Of a stretch of 64,000 bases of DNA, positions 31,412-40,231 are shown in pieces. Numbering within the stretch: position 1 is the stretch's first letter; each line of letters opens with the position of its first letter. The translations under genes were made by a program, and so were the position numbers. Source of the DNA: an uncultured Verrucomicrobiota bacterium (GTDB taxonomy: Bacteria > Verrucomicrobiota > Verrucomicrobiia > Limisphaerales > AAA164-E04); the NCBI GenBank assembly GCA_964342405.1, contig CAYFGX010000002.1, positions 209,969 to 273,968 of the forward strand, given 5' to 3'. Under the pieces are notes generated by a model. The model made no database searches. It saw only the letters and a program-made list of their open reading frames with translations, and was not told the DNA's origin.

Positions 31412-31443
31412 AATGTTTCTAACGTATGTTGTGCTGAAGGTCT

Positions 31444-32121
31444 GTGAGAGTTCTGGTTATTGAAGACTATGCCCCGATCCGCGAGTCGGTATCGGCGCGC
31501 CTGCGTGAACTGGGTTTCTCTGTTTCCGAGGCGGTCGATGGCGAGGAAGGGCTCTGGCTCGCTCAGCAAGAACCGCACGATGCCATCGTACTCGATATCA
31601 TGTTGCCTAAGCTTGATGGACTGGAACTGCTACAGCGGCTCCGAAAAGGTGGGAAGGATGCCCTGGTGTTGATCCTCACGGCCAAAGATGAGCTGGACGA
31701 TCGAATTATGGGCTTGGACAGTGGGGCCGATGATTACCTCACGAAACCGTTCGCTCTGGCAGAGTTGGTTTCGCGAATTAAGGCACTCCTGAGAAGGCGC
31801 CATGGGTTTCGGCACCCCACCATCATAGAAGGCTCCATTGAAATTGACCTCAATACTCGTAAAGTTTTGCGGGAGGGGCAGGAACTCAAATTGACCGGAC
31901 GCGAGTATAGCATTCTCGAATTGTTGGCGCTCCGACGAGGACAGATATTGACGCGAACCGAGATTTGGGAGGCGGTCTATGATCCGGAGGCGGAGCTAAC
32001 GAGCAATTCTGTCGATGTGCACATATCGCAGCTGCGCAAGAAGCTGTCTGTCGAGGGAGAGTCAGCACTGATCCAGACCCGTCGTGGACTCGGATATGTA
32101 TTCGAATCGAAATCCAAATAG
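31444..32121 (+). CDS. OmpR-family response regulator (receiver + winged-helix DNA-binding domain)
   Basis: MRVLVIEDY..., phospho-acceptor context VLDIMLPKLDG, LTAKD, KPF. C-terminal LTGREYSILELL..VDVHISQLRKKL..IQTRRGLGYVF. GTG start. Confidence 0.9.
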   Translation: MRVLVIEDYAPIRESVSARLRELGFSVSEAVDGEEGLWLAQQEPHDAIVLDIMLPKLDGLELLQRLRKGGKDALVLILTAKDELDDRIMGLDSGADDYLTKPFALAELVSRIKALLRRRHGFRHPTIIEGSIEIDLNTRKVLREGQELKLTGREYSILELLALRRGQILTRTEIWEAVYDPEAELTSNSVDVHISQLRKKLSVEGESALIQTRRGLGYVFESKSK

Positions 32122-33682
32122 CTCGTTGCGCAAGTCGCTTGTACGGGGAGCGGTGACTGGGGGCTCTATCGTCATGACGATTTGCCTGATAAGCGCCTAT
32201 GGTCTCATGCGATATGGCCTCGAGAAGCACTTTGATATCAGTATGGTCGAGAGGTTGGAGTCCATTCCGGATATTTCGGGCTACCTACGTCATCCGGAAC
32301 AGGACGTGAACCTTTTTGTTAACAAGATCGAAGAGATGGGTGTTCGCCCGTTTCGTACTGCAGATCTGGTGGAGGTGAGACCACTCATTGAAGTTAAGAA
32401 TCTGAATGGGCAAACTTTGTTTCGCTCAAAATATCTGCTGAACGACGACGCCCATTTGGTTTTCCCAGATAAGCTAGGTACGGTCCGGTGGATGCGGCTG
32501 AAGGACCAGCATTTCCGAGTCGTGTCAAGGAAGGTCGACCTCGTGGAGCGCTTTATCACCGATATGCTTCCCAGAAAGAAGCGGCCGAAAGACCCCTACG
32601 ATCCGATCGTGATTGCAGAGGTGATGAAACGTGATAACGCGTTAGTGACGGAGCTGAAGGAAGAGATTGCCTCAGCTCCCCGATTTTCAGAAGGACTTAA
32701 ACAGCAACCCAGCGTGATCGTTGCTCTTGCCCGTCCAGCCGAAGATTTGAACGAGACGCTGCGACAAATGGCCGTTGTCCTAGGGATCGTCTACGTCGTC
32801 TCCTTGATAGCAATGGCTGTCACACTTCATCGAATCGTGCTGCAACAACTTCGTCCTCTGAGCGTGTTGGCAGAGGAGATCGACCGAGTTGACAGCGATC
32901 AGATGGGACATCGCATTGCGCGCCCCTTGCCAGAAGAGTTGCGCCCAGCTGCGGATCGGTTGAATGAGCTTCTGGATCAGCTTTCTACAAGTATGGCTCG
33001 TGAGCGAGCATTTAGCTCAGATCTAGCGCACGAGTTCAAAACCCCCTTGGCAGGAATTCGAGCTAAGATCGACTTGGCGCGAAGTCGAGATCGGCAAGCC
33101 GAGAACTATCGTCAAACGCTCGATGATTGCCTAACCATCTCCCGAGAAATGGAGGCAACGGTTGAGAGCATGTTGACCTTGGCCCGACTTGAAGGTGGAA
33201 AGCTTCGCCTGGGCCAACGAGAAATCCCCCTTCGCAGTGCAATCGAACGAGTCTGGCGTGACTTCAAAGCTCAGGCAGAGGCCCAAGGGACTACGATACA
33301 CCATCAGATCCAAGCAGGGATGACCCTCCATACCGATCCAACCCTGCTGCGAATTATTCTGCGAAATCTCCTCGAGAACGCTGTGGTTCATAGCGGGAAC
33401 AAGGACGTGATTCGAATTGAAGGTGCCACGAGCGACGAGGGTCGGCGAATCGCGATCACTAACGGAGGAAGCAGTCTGACTCAGGCTGAAGCGGAGCGGG
33501 CTTGCGAGCGATTCTGGCGCGGCGACAGCGCCCGACCCACCCCGGGTCGGCACTGTGGCTTGGGATTGTCACTCGTTCGCCAATCAGTAAAGCTTCTGGG
33601 CGGCCAGCTCGCCATCGCTTCGGAGCGCGGAGGCGAGTTTCGCGTAGAATTGATCTTCTCCAATGAACAGAAGGATGCTTGA
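32096..33682 (+). CDS. Membrane sensor histidine kinase (periplasmic loop + HAMP + HisKA + HATPase_c)
   Basis: N-terminal SLRKSLVRGAVTGGSIVMTICLISAYGL TM helix, second TM helix VVLGIVYVVSLIAMAVTL, H-box FSSDLAHEFKTPL, and GLGLSLV. Overlaps the response-regulator gene by 26 nt (38 nt if GTG 32084 is used). Confidence 0.85.
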   Translation: MYSNRNPNSSLRKSLVRGAVTGGSIVMTICLISAYGLMRYGLEKHFDISMVERLESIPDISGYLRHPEQDVNLFVNKIEEMGVRPFRTADLVEVRPLIEVKNLNGQTLFRSKYLLNDDAHLVFPDKLGTVRWMRLKDQHFRVVSRKVDLVERFITDMLPRKKRPKDPYDPIVIAEVMKRDNALVTELKEEIASAPRFSEGLKQQPSVIVALARPAEDLNETLRQMAVVLGIVYVVSLIAMAVTLHRIVLQQLRPLSVLAEEIDRVDSDQMGHRIARPLPEELRPAADRLNELLDQLSTSMARERAFSSDLAHEFKTPLAGIRAKIDLARSRDRQAENYRQTLDDCLTISREMEATVESMLTLARLEGGKLRLGQREIPLRSAIERVWRDFKAQAEAQGTTIHHQIQAGMTLHTDPTLLRIILRNLLENAVVHSGNKDVIRIEGATSDEGRRIAITNGGSSLTQAEAERACERFWRGDSARPTPGRHCGLGLSLVRQSVKLLGGQLAIASERGGEFRVELIFSNEQKDA

Positions 33683-33790
33683 GGAGCTTCTGAGGAAGGA
33701 TCTTTCCCCTCGGCCACCTCATCCACGAGACAAGATCCGAAACGCCGGATTTGAATAGATCGGTGAGACCGAAGCGAGTGTTTCGTGAAA

Positions 33791-33866
33791 TGGTACTCCC
33801 ACCAGGAGTTGAACCCGGATCCGCGGTTTAGGAAACCGCTGCTCTATCCACTTGAGCTATGGGAGC
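33791..33866 (-). tRNA. tRNA-Arg (anticodon CCU), 76 nt with encoded CCA
   Basis: The minus strand reads GCTCCCA-TA-GCTC-AAGTGGATA-GAGC-A-GCGGT-TTCCTAA-ACCGC-GGAT-CCGGG-TTCAACT-CCTGG-TGGGAGT-A-CCA. This is a full cloverleaf with anticodon loop TT-CCT-AA and T-loop TTCAACT. The acceptor stem has a G1-U72 wobble. Confidence 0.9.
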
Positions 33867-34002
33867 CTTGCGTGCGCGGGGACAATCTATCAATTCAATC
33901 ATCCGGGGCCAGAAAATTGTTCGGTCTATCAGGCGCCCGTAAACTCGGAGGAGGCTGGTCCTCGGCTGCCATCGTGAATCATGCTGGAACTCAATGATCG
34001 GC

Positions 34003-36399
34003 TCAGTTCGATCGCGGAATGAGCTCAAGTCTTCGAGCCGTTCGCATCGTCTCTAGCTGAAGCTCACGCTGTCGGATCTTGACGGTCACCAGACCGTCCG
34101 TTCCGGTAAAGTAAAGCCTGGTTGGCGTCTTAGAAAACGAGTCCGCGAGTAGGCGGACCCAGCGTTCTCCAAAGCCAGTATCGCTCCCGGTGACAATGAT
34201 GACTCGGGGATTCAACTGTTGCAGTACGAACTGGTTCGCCTCCGCCATATCGGATGGAAGATTGAGACTGAGAAGATCCACCTCAAGGGCCGGATCTCGA
34301 TTTAGAAGCTCCTTCTGTGTGTCTCGGCTGAGGTCCGAAAGGAGCAAGATCTTGAAGCCGTTTATTTGTCCGAGCAAGACTAGTGGGGCGGCATCGGCGG
34401 GGCTCGCGTTACTAGTCGCCTCCGGGAACAGAACCGTCCAAGCTGCCAGTTCATTCCCAGCAGTGACACGTTCTACTTGATAGGCACTGCCGCTCAAGTC
34501 GTCGATCAATTGACGATAGAAGCTGGATCGAAACCGAAGCGGGCTGATGAAGACCTTGGTATCTCGCGGCTTCTTCAAGATTTCCGCTGCAGCTTCTACA
34601 TGCTCCTTGTCGCCGTGGGTGAGCAAGAAATTCGGAAAGGTTTCATCCCTTACGAAGGACTCAAGAAACGGCATCACGTATCGTTGAGCACTCCACTTCG
34701 GACCACCATCGATTTGGAGATCCCAATCCTTACCCGGTGCGTCGATAAAAATAGCTTCACCCCGCGTCGTGGGTAGAAAGTTTAGCTCGGTGGTCTCTCG
34801 CCTCGCATTCTCATTCCACGCATAGATTCCACTGATAGCGACCGCGCCTACCATCAATCGCATTACGGCGGCACGCCATTCCGAGATCGTCAAAACAGAC
34901 AGAAGGGTCAGGTAGTATATGCAAAGGGCTGCGACTGGCGGTGTTCCAATGGAAAGTGCCGCTCCCGGGAACTCCGCGATCGCCCCGCTTGATCGAATCA
35001 TCGTTTCCATCCAAAACCACGCGCTGGAGTTTGCCAGGTGGGAGACACCGGGAACAAACGACCCCATCAACAAGGACATCATCGCGCTCGCCATCGTCAG
35101 GCTCGCGAGCGGAATCAAGACAAGATTCGCAACAACACCTAGAGGCGTTACCAAATTAAAGTACGTCGCTATCAACGGTAAGGAACCCAACCAAGCTGCA
35201 AGCGAAACACTCATCGCCGACCACAATCGTCTGAAAAGCCGGAGAGCCATGCGACGAAGCGGCGATCGCAGTTGTATGGGCACCAAGTCTTCATCCGAGA
35301 AAAATCTCAGACCGAGGCCCTCAAGCCTTGGATACAGCACCAATAAGGTGACAACGACCGTGAACGATAGTTGAAAGCCAGCTTGAAACAACTGAAGGGG
35401 CTCCCAGCTCAATAACAGGATTGCCGCCAAGCCAACTGAGTTCAATGCGTCAGGCGGTCGATCAAGAATTCTTCCTAAAAGGACAATGGTTGCGACTGTG
35501 GACGCACGAATGGCAGATGCTGGAGCTCCTGTCGCGAGAGTGTAGAACCAGATCAGAGGAATGATCATGCTTGCCGCTGCCCGGCGAGGAATCCGGATCG
35601 CCTTAGCGATCACGACCATAAAACCAGCAATCAGGGCGACATGAAGCCCACTAATCGCAAACAGATGCAAGGTGCCTGAACGCATGAAGGGATCCTTCGC
35701 ATCGGCGGTCAACCATGTTCGCCAACCTAGCACCATCGCCCAGACTAAACGGATCGACCGTGACTCAGGATTCTGACCACGACTCAAGCAACTCCGAGCC
35801 CATGCTTGAAATCGCTGAGGCAGGGGAACACCCCGGTCGCGAGCGAGAATCGACACATGCGGCTCCCACGCTTCTCTCTGGATTTCATAGTAGATTCGTT
35901 GAAGTCGGAGATAGCGTCGGTAGTCAAATCCACCCGGAAGCCGGGCGGATTCCGGACGCCGAAGGGCCCCAGTTATTTGGATTGAAACGCCTTGATGAAC
36001 TTCCGATAGGCTTGGGGCATCGATCCGAACGGCGACTCGACCGACCGCAGGACGCCAGCGAGAGCCATTCCGAATTCTCGATACGCTCAGAACGAAGTGC
36101 GTCCGAAATTGTGCCTCCATCCCGTCCTCGATCGCTCGCATCAAGGGAACCGAAGCGATCGTTCCTTCCAGTGTTACTAATCGAGGCGTATTTCCGATTA
36201 AGACACGCAAATCGTTCTCTGAACGGATGCGAGTCTCCTTAAAGGCCAGCACGACACCAAGCGAACTTATGGCTAAGCCGCTCCAATAAATCCTCCTAGG
36301 GCAAACGATCCAGACGACCACGAAGATACCGACGAGGGCTCCAACCCACGGCCAAGAAAGGCCGGGAATCCGCTCAGCGAAGAAGATACCAACCATCAT
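34003..36399 (-). CDS. comEC: ComEC/Rec2-family DNA internalisation competence protein (with C-terminal metallo-beta-lactamase-like domain)
   Basis: Polytopic membrane core containing LHLFAISGLHVALIAG (competence domain signature). C-terminal soluble domain with LLTHGDKEH. 798 aa. Confidence 0.85.
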   Translation of the reverse strand: MMVGIFFAERIPGLSWPWVGALVGIFVVVWIVCPRRIYWSGLAISSLGVVLAFKETRIRSENDLRVLIGNTPRLVTLEGTIASVPLMRAIEDGMEAQFRTHFVLSVSRIRNGSRWRPAVGRVAVRIDAPSLSEVHQGVSIQITGALRRPESARLPGGFDYRRYLRLQRIYYEIQREAWEPHVSILARDRGVPLPQRFQAWARSCLSRGQNPESRSIRLVWAMVLGWRTWLTADAKDPFMRSGTLHLFAISGLHVALIAGFMVVIAKAIRIPRRAAASMIIPLIWFYTLATGAPASAIRASTVATIVLLGRILDRPPDALNSVGLAAILLLSWEPLQLFQAGFQLSFTVVVTLLVLYPRLEGLGLRFFSDEDLVPIQLRSPLRRMALRLFRRLWSAMSVSLAAWLGSLPLIATYFNLVTPLGVVANLVLIPLASLTMASAMMSLLMGSFVPGVSHLANSSAWFWMETMIRSSGAIAEFPGAALSIGTPPVAALCIYYLTLLSVLTISEWRAAVMRLMVGAVAISGIYAWNENARRETTELNFLPTTRGEAIFIDAPGKDWDLQIDGGPKWSAQRYVMPFLESFVRDETFPNFLLTHGDKEHVEAAAEILKKPRDTKVFISPLRFRSSFYRQLIDDLSGSAYQVERVTAGNELAAWTVLFPEATSNASPADAAPLVLLGQINGFKILLLSDLSRDTQKELLNRDPALEVDLLSLNLPSDMAEANQFVLQQLNPRVIIVTGSDTGFGERWVRLLADSFSKTPTRLYFTGTDGLVTVKIRQRELQLETMRTARRLELIPRSN

Positions 36400-36564
36400 T
36401 GCGACAGCCGCCCACGCACTTGGCCGCCTCAGAATCGCTCGCTGCAGCGATAGCCTAACGGAATCGTAAGTTCGAATCTCGGAAGCGTCAGAGATCCTCT
36501 AATTTTTAATCAGTATCTTGACGATGTCTAGCTACTTCTTACCAAGACAAAAAGAGAAGCGTCG

Positions 36565-36795
36565 TCAAAAATTGAACTTGGCATTCATCTCACTGCAATT
36601 CGGGCATCGAGATCGCTCCACGTTGGGATCATCCGTATAAACATAGGCGCAACCCCCACAGCGAAAAACATTGTCATCACTACGAGGCGGCTCGAAGCGG
36701 CGGCGCCTGAACTCGGAGTAGAGCCCAACCAAGCCAATCCCCGTGAGCAAGAGAGCCACATACCAAAACAGAATTTCACTTAAGGTAAGCGTCAT
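36565..36795 (-). CDS. Small membrane-anchored zinc-ribbon protein (76 aa) coupled to the tonB-like gene
   Basis: From ATG 36795 (ATGA overlap with the upstream stop): one TM helix ILFWYVALLLTGIGLVGLY, then CGGC..(15 aa)..CPNC. The ORF-track start at 36867 would overlap the upstream gene by 76 nt. Confidence 0.45.
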   Translation of the reverse strand: MTLTLSEILFWYVALLLTGIGLVGLYSEFRRRRFEPPRSDDNVFRCGGCAYVYTDDPNVERSRCPNCSEMNAKFNF

Positions 36796-37574
36796 TGGAT
36801 CGGGGCGGAAGCTGGGACCGCATTTGTTAGCGGGCGAGTGGCCCATCGAAACGTGATCTCGCCCCAACTCAAGCCGGGATCAATCCCATCGTTTCGCGCT
36901 GGCAAGCTTTCGAACTGGGTTTGCCGCAACCATTGTCGAGCATGCGCATCGGCCACCGGAAGACTATTGGAAACCATCAGGACCGAGTGAGCCCATCCGA
37001 ACTGATCCAAAGCGACCGAGATCACAGTAGGTTGAACCAAGTTCGTGTGAGACCAGGCGGGGAGGGATTCAAACTCCCTCGGACGTCGATTCTGGATTTC
37101 CCCGGTTACCACGAAGGAAGACTCTCGCGGCTGAAGCGGCGGAGGCAGTTCCGCACTCGAAAGTTCGGGTATCGACCGAGACACAACAGACCCAGGAATG
37201 ACTTGCTCGCGCGTGTGCGCACGCAAGGCGGCACCCGCCGTATACTGATTCCGTTGGAAATACCGGGGCTCTTCGGTCCAATCTTTGTAATCCCTCTCCG
37301 GTGCGAGAGCTTCCTCCCAGAGGGCGCCAGTGAAACTGTGACCATGCGGGCGGCTCAGTAGAGAAGCGTCTCGGGCGAGGACTCGATTGATCATGGGCAG
37401 CTCATCCCAGCCTGGTCCCAAATAGTAGACAGCGGGAGGGGGAGCCGATGCTTGCTCGGGAAGCGTCTCGCGCTCGGAAAACAAGAAGACGAGCAGGGCT
37501 TGCACACCAATGAGCGATCCGATCATCGCAAACCATTTAGAGATCGACCAAGCCTCTGGACTCGCTGTGCTCAT
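36792..37574 (-). CDS. TonB-like energy-transducer candidate (N-terminal anchor, Pro-rich spacer, divergent C-terminal domain)
   Basis: TM anchor WFAMIGSLIGVQALLVFLF followed by EQASAPPPAVY. Its position is directly after exbB-exbD with an ATGA overlap. The C-terminus only loosely resembles the TonB C-terminal domain. Confidence 0.45.
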   Translation of the reverse strand: MSTASPEAWSISKWFAMIGSLIGVQALLVFLFSERETLPEQASAPPPAVYYLGPGWDELPMINRVLARDASLLSRPHGHSFTGALWEEALAPERDYKDWTEEPRYFQRNQYTAGAALRAHTREQVIPGSVVSRSIPELSSAELPPPLQPRESSFVVTGEIQNRRPREFESLPAWSHTNLVQPTVISVALDQFGWAHSVLMVSNSLPVADAHARQWLRQTQFESLPARNDGIDPGLSWGEITFRWATRPLTNAVPASAPIQ

Positions 37575-38035
37575 TCAAGCGGTGCGTTTGGCACGACAGG
37601 CGGGCTGAAGGCTTGCGCCCGTCCCGCCCAAATCGTTTGTTTGATTCCTACCTCAGCAGCGGTCTGGCATATCTGGAGAATCGTTTCCAGGTCGGCGTTC
37701 TTATCAGCTTGCAAAACAAGCGTCGGCGCGTTCGTAGGCATCGTCGCGGTGAATCGCCCGACTGCGAACTGCAGTCTGTCCTTCAACTGATCACTCGCAA
37801 CGACCTGGCTTTCAAACACGATATCTCCCGCCGAGGTCACAGCCACATCCAGTTTGGGCAAGGTGGCCCTGGCAAAGTTCGTTCCGGTCAGCTCGGGCAA
37901 CTGTATTTTCACACCGGGAGACGAAACCAACAGAGAGCTGAAGATCATGAACAAGGCCAAAAGGAAGAACACCGATGCAAAGGGAGCCACATCCAACTGA
38001 CCTCTGAAGATCTTTGCGTTTCGGGGGAACTTCAT
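37571..38035 (-). CDS. exbD: ExbD/TolR-family biopolymer transport protein
   Basis: N-terminal DVAPFASVFFLLALFMIF TM helix, then a periplasmic domain with ..TLVLQADKNADLETILQICQTA, as in ExbD/TolR. Confidence 0.8.
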   Translation of the reverse strand: MKFPRNAKIFRGQLDVAPFASVFFLLALFMIFSSLLVSSPGVKIQLPELTGTNFARATLPKLDVAVTSAGDIVFESQVVASDQLKDRLQFAVGRFTATMPTNAPTLVLQADKNADLETILQICQTAAEVGIKQTIWAGRAQAFSPPVVPNAPLE

Positions 38036-38036
38036 C

Positions 38037-38690
38037 TCACACCTTGGTCTCGGAAACGATGTTCACGATCTCGGTCGAGGCCTTCTCCATATCCAGGACG
38101 ATGGAATTCACTCGGCTCACGAGATAGTTATAGGCGGCATAACTCGGAATCGCGATTCCAAGCCCGGTCGCGGTGCAGATCAGGGACTTCCAAACCCCCC
38201 GGGCCAAATCTGTCGTTTCCGAGTAGAGCCCACTATCTGAAACAACGCCAAAAGTATCGATCATGCCCAAGGTCGTCCCAAACAACCCAATCAGAGGAGC
38301 GATCTGGGCGATCGTTGCCAGTAGGTTCAACTTTTCTTCTAGGCGAGGGACTTCCATGAGGCCCGCTTCTTCCAAGGCTTCACGGACCCCTTCGCGTCCA
38401 GAGTCACGACTTAACACGGCCGCCTTCACGAGACGGGCGACAGGTCCTGGCGTCGCGTCACAGATCGAGATGGCCTCCACCACGTTCGCCTGACGCAGGA
38501 CGTTGCGAATTCCCTCAATGAACTCCATCGAATTGATCTGCGCTCGGTGATAGTGGAGCAAGCGCTCGATGAAGACAGAGATCGCTATCGCACTTGTGAC
38601 CAGGAGGATCCACATCACCGGACCGCCGAGAGTAACCAACTTAGGCAATAGCATGGCGCCACTTATAGGCCTGCCCTGAAAGTCTCGCAA
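38037..38690 (-). CDS. exbB: MotA/TolQ/ExbB proton-channel family protein
   Basis: Three TM helices. The conserved LATIAQIAPLIGLFGTTLGMI block is typical of ExbB/TolQ. Confidence 0.85.
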   Translation of the reverse strand: MRDFQGRPISGAMLLPKLVTLGGPVMWILLVTSAIAISVFIERLLHYHRAQINSMEFIEGIRNVLRQANVVEAISICDATPGPVARLVKAAVLSRDSGREGVREALEEAGLMEVPRLEEKLNLLATIAQIAPLIGLFGTTLGMIDTFGVVSDSGLYSETTDLARGVWKSLICTATGLGIAIPSYAAYNYLVSRVNSIVLDMEKASTEIVNIVSETKV

Positions 38691-38728
38691 GTTTAGTTCA
38701 TGATGAATCTACCGACTTCGAGCAAACA

Positions 38729-39145
38729 TTGATGAATCCTTCGTTTCGCGATACGCTCGCGCCAATGGAAAGCAGTGATCAACTACGCGAACTCTTCCGC
38801 ATGCAGCGGGCCCTCAATGAACGGATTGGCGTGAAGCTAGACGACCTGAGTGACGAAGAGAAGACGACTTGGGTCCTCAACTACACTCGGGCAATGACAC
38901 AAGAGCTAGCGGAGCTGACCGATAGTGTTCCCTGGAAATGGTGGGCAAAATACCAAAAGCTCGACGAACAGAACGCTCGGGTCGAGGTGGTAGACCTGTT
39001 CCATTTCTTAATCAGCCTGGCCCAGGTATTAGGAATGAGCGCTGACGACGTCTTCCAAGCCTATGTGAAGAAAAATGAGGTGAATTTCAAGCGACAGGAG
39101 TCAGGCTACACCAAGAAGGACGAGGACGACTCCCGTCACATTTAA
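38729..39145 (+). CDS. Dimeric (all-alpha) dUTPase-like / MazG-like nucleotide pyrophosphohydrolase
   Basis: The pattern ..LNYTRAMTQELAELTDSVPWKWWAK..VEVVDLFHFLISLAQVLGM.. resembles dUTPase_2-family proteins. ATG at 38732 is the likely start. Confidence 0.5.
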   Translation: MMNPSFRDTLAPMESSDQLRELFRMQRALNERIGVKLDDLSDEEKTTWVLNYTRAMTQELAELTDSVPWKWWAKYQKLDEQNARVEVVDLFHFLISLAQVLGMSADDVFQAYVKKNEVNFKRQESGYTKKDEDDSRHI

Positions 39146-39166
39146 GCTCCCGAAAGGGCTGCCTGA

Positions 39167-40123
39167 CTAGTGTGTCAGAGCGTAGTAGACAATATTGATT
39201 CCCATGGGATAGGAGTATTTCTCCGAGTAGGCTGAGAAAAACCATTGGCTGATCCCTTCCTCCTCCCATCCATCGCTCAGGTCGGTGTTATGACACATGA
39301 GCACCATGATCCGTCCTTTATCGTCGACAATCGCCTGATAATTGGCTGGGGCTGGAGTCTCATTGTAGATTTCATCCTCCCACGATTCCAAAGCCGTGCC
39401 TCGATTTCGATGGGCAGAGTCTTCACTGGGGACTTGGGGAAACTTATCCAGAGGAAAAACACAGCTGAAGATCGGATGACTTAGCGGCAGCTTTTGTGCT
39501 TTCCGATTCGGAAAGACTTTTTCCATCTCCGCCAAAAAGTCCCCGAGCATGCGCTTGCCCCAGAAATCGTCCACCATGAGAAAGCCGCCATTCAACAAGT
39601 AGCGACGAAGTGATTCCGCTTCTGTCTCCGAAATACGAAAAGATCTGGGATCGATCATGAAGATGAACGGGTAGTCATACAGCCGGTCATCAATGAACTC
39701 CAGAATCTCACCCTCCGGATCGACCTTCATCGAAGTCAGCTGCTCAAGTCGGTATGAGAAATTGAGATCGGCCGCAGGGTAATCCACCCTCCAGCTTCCA
39801 CCCCGGCGCCCCCAACCTCCTCCTCCGTATTTGATACGAACAAAGGTGAAAATATCCTCACGGAAGGTCTCAGCCACATCCCACTCTGGAACTCCTGCCC
39901 GCGAAGAAGGCCCTCGGCGTGAGATCAGCTTCTCTTGCCCCAAGCCTCGACCGCCCTGGGCTCCCGACCCACCGCGCTGTCCGGACTGTGGTCCCTCCAA
40001 GAAAGGCTGGGCCTGGGCAAGATGGACAGTGAAACTCGATATGAGAACCAGCAACAAGGCCTGAAACTGCTGGCTCAAGGACCGTTTCTGGATTTCATTT
40101 CTCATACAAATCACCGATGCCAT
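39167..40123 (-). CDS. DUF4159 domain-containing protein, secreted
   Basis: Signal peptide. WRVDYPAADLNFSYRLEQLTSMKV, DDRLYDYPFIFMIDPRSF..ETEAESLRRYLLNGGFLMVDDFWG matches my recollection of DUF4159. Confidence 0.6.
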   Translation of the reverse strand: MASVICMRNEIQKRSLSQQFQALLLVLISSFTVHLAQAQPFLEGPQSGQRGGSGAQGGRGLGQEKLISRRGPSSRAGVPEWDVAETFREDIFTFVRIKYGGGGWGRRGGSWRVDYPAADLNFSYRLEQLTSMKVDPEGEILEFIDDRLYDYPFIFMIDPRSFRISETEAESLRRYLLNGGFLMVDDFWGKRMLGDFLAEMEKVFPNRKAQKLPLSHPIFSCVFPLDKFPQVPSEDSAHRNRGTALESWEDEIYNETPAPANYQAIVDDKGRIMVLMCHNTDLSDGWEEEGISQWFFSAYSEKYSYPMGINIVYYALTH

Positions 40124-40231
40124 ACCCTTAGCCAGACTTCAAACGCAGCCAGTTTGTTACAGTTTTATGCCGAATGGCAATGCTTTATGGCCTCTCATCC
40201 CTTAGGCGCTGCACGGACTGTTCCTCGTCTA

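Noticed and set aside
33683-34002. Possible genomic island or integrated element next to tRNA-Arg(CCU). ORFs 33785-33997 (+) and 33828-34028 (-) overlap the tRNA.
   Set aside because: There is no integrase, excisionase or transposase gene anywhere in the window, and I found no direct repeat of the tRNA 3' end. The small ORFs overlap the tRNA gene itself and are spurious.
36470-36478. T-loop-like GTTCGAATC upstream of comEC, and GGGTTCGATTTCC at 51826-51838, as possible tRNA, tmRNA or tRNA-fragment (att site) signals.
   Set aside because: The flanking bases do not form a T-stem, acceptor stem or anticodon arm, so no cloverleaf can be drawn. Neither matches the 3' end of the genuine tRNA-Arg at 33791-33866, so they are not integration-site duplications.
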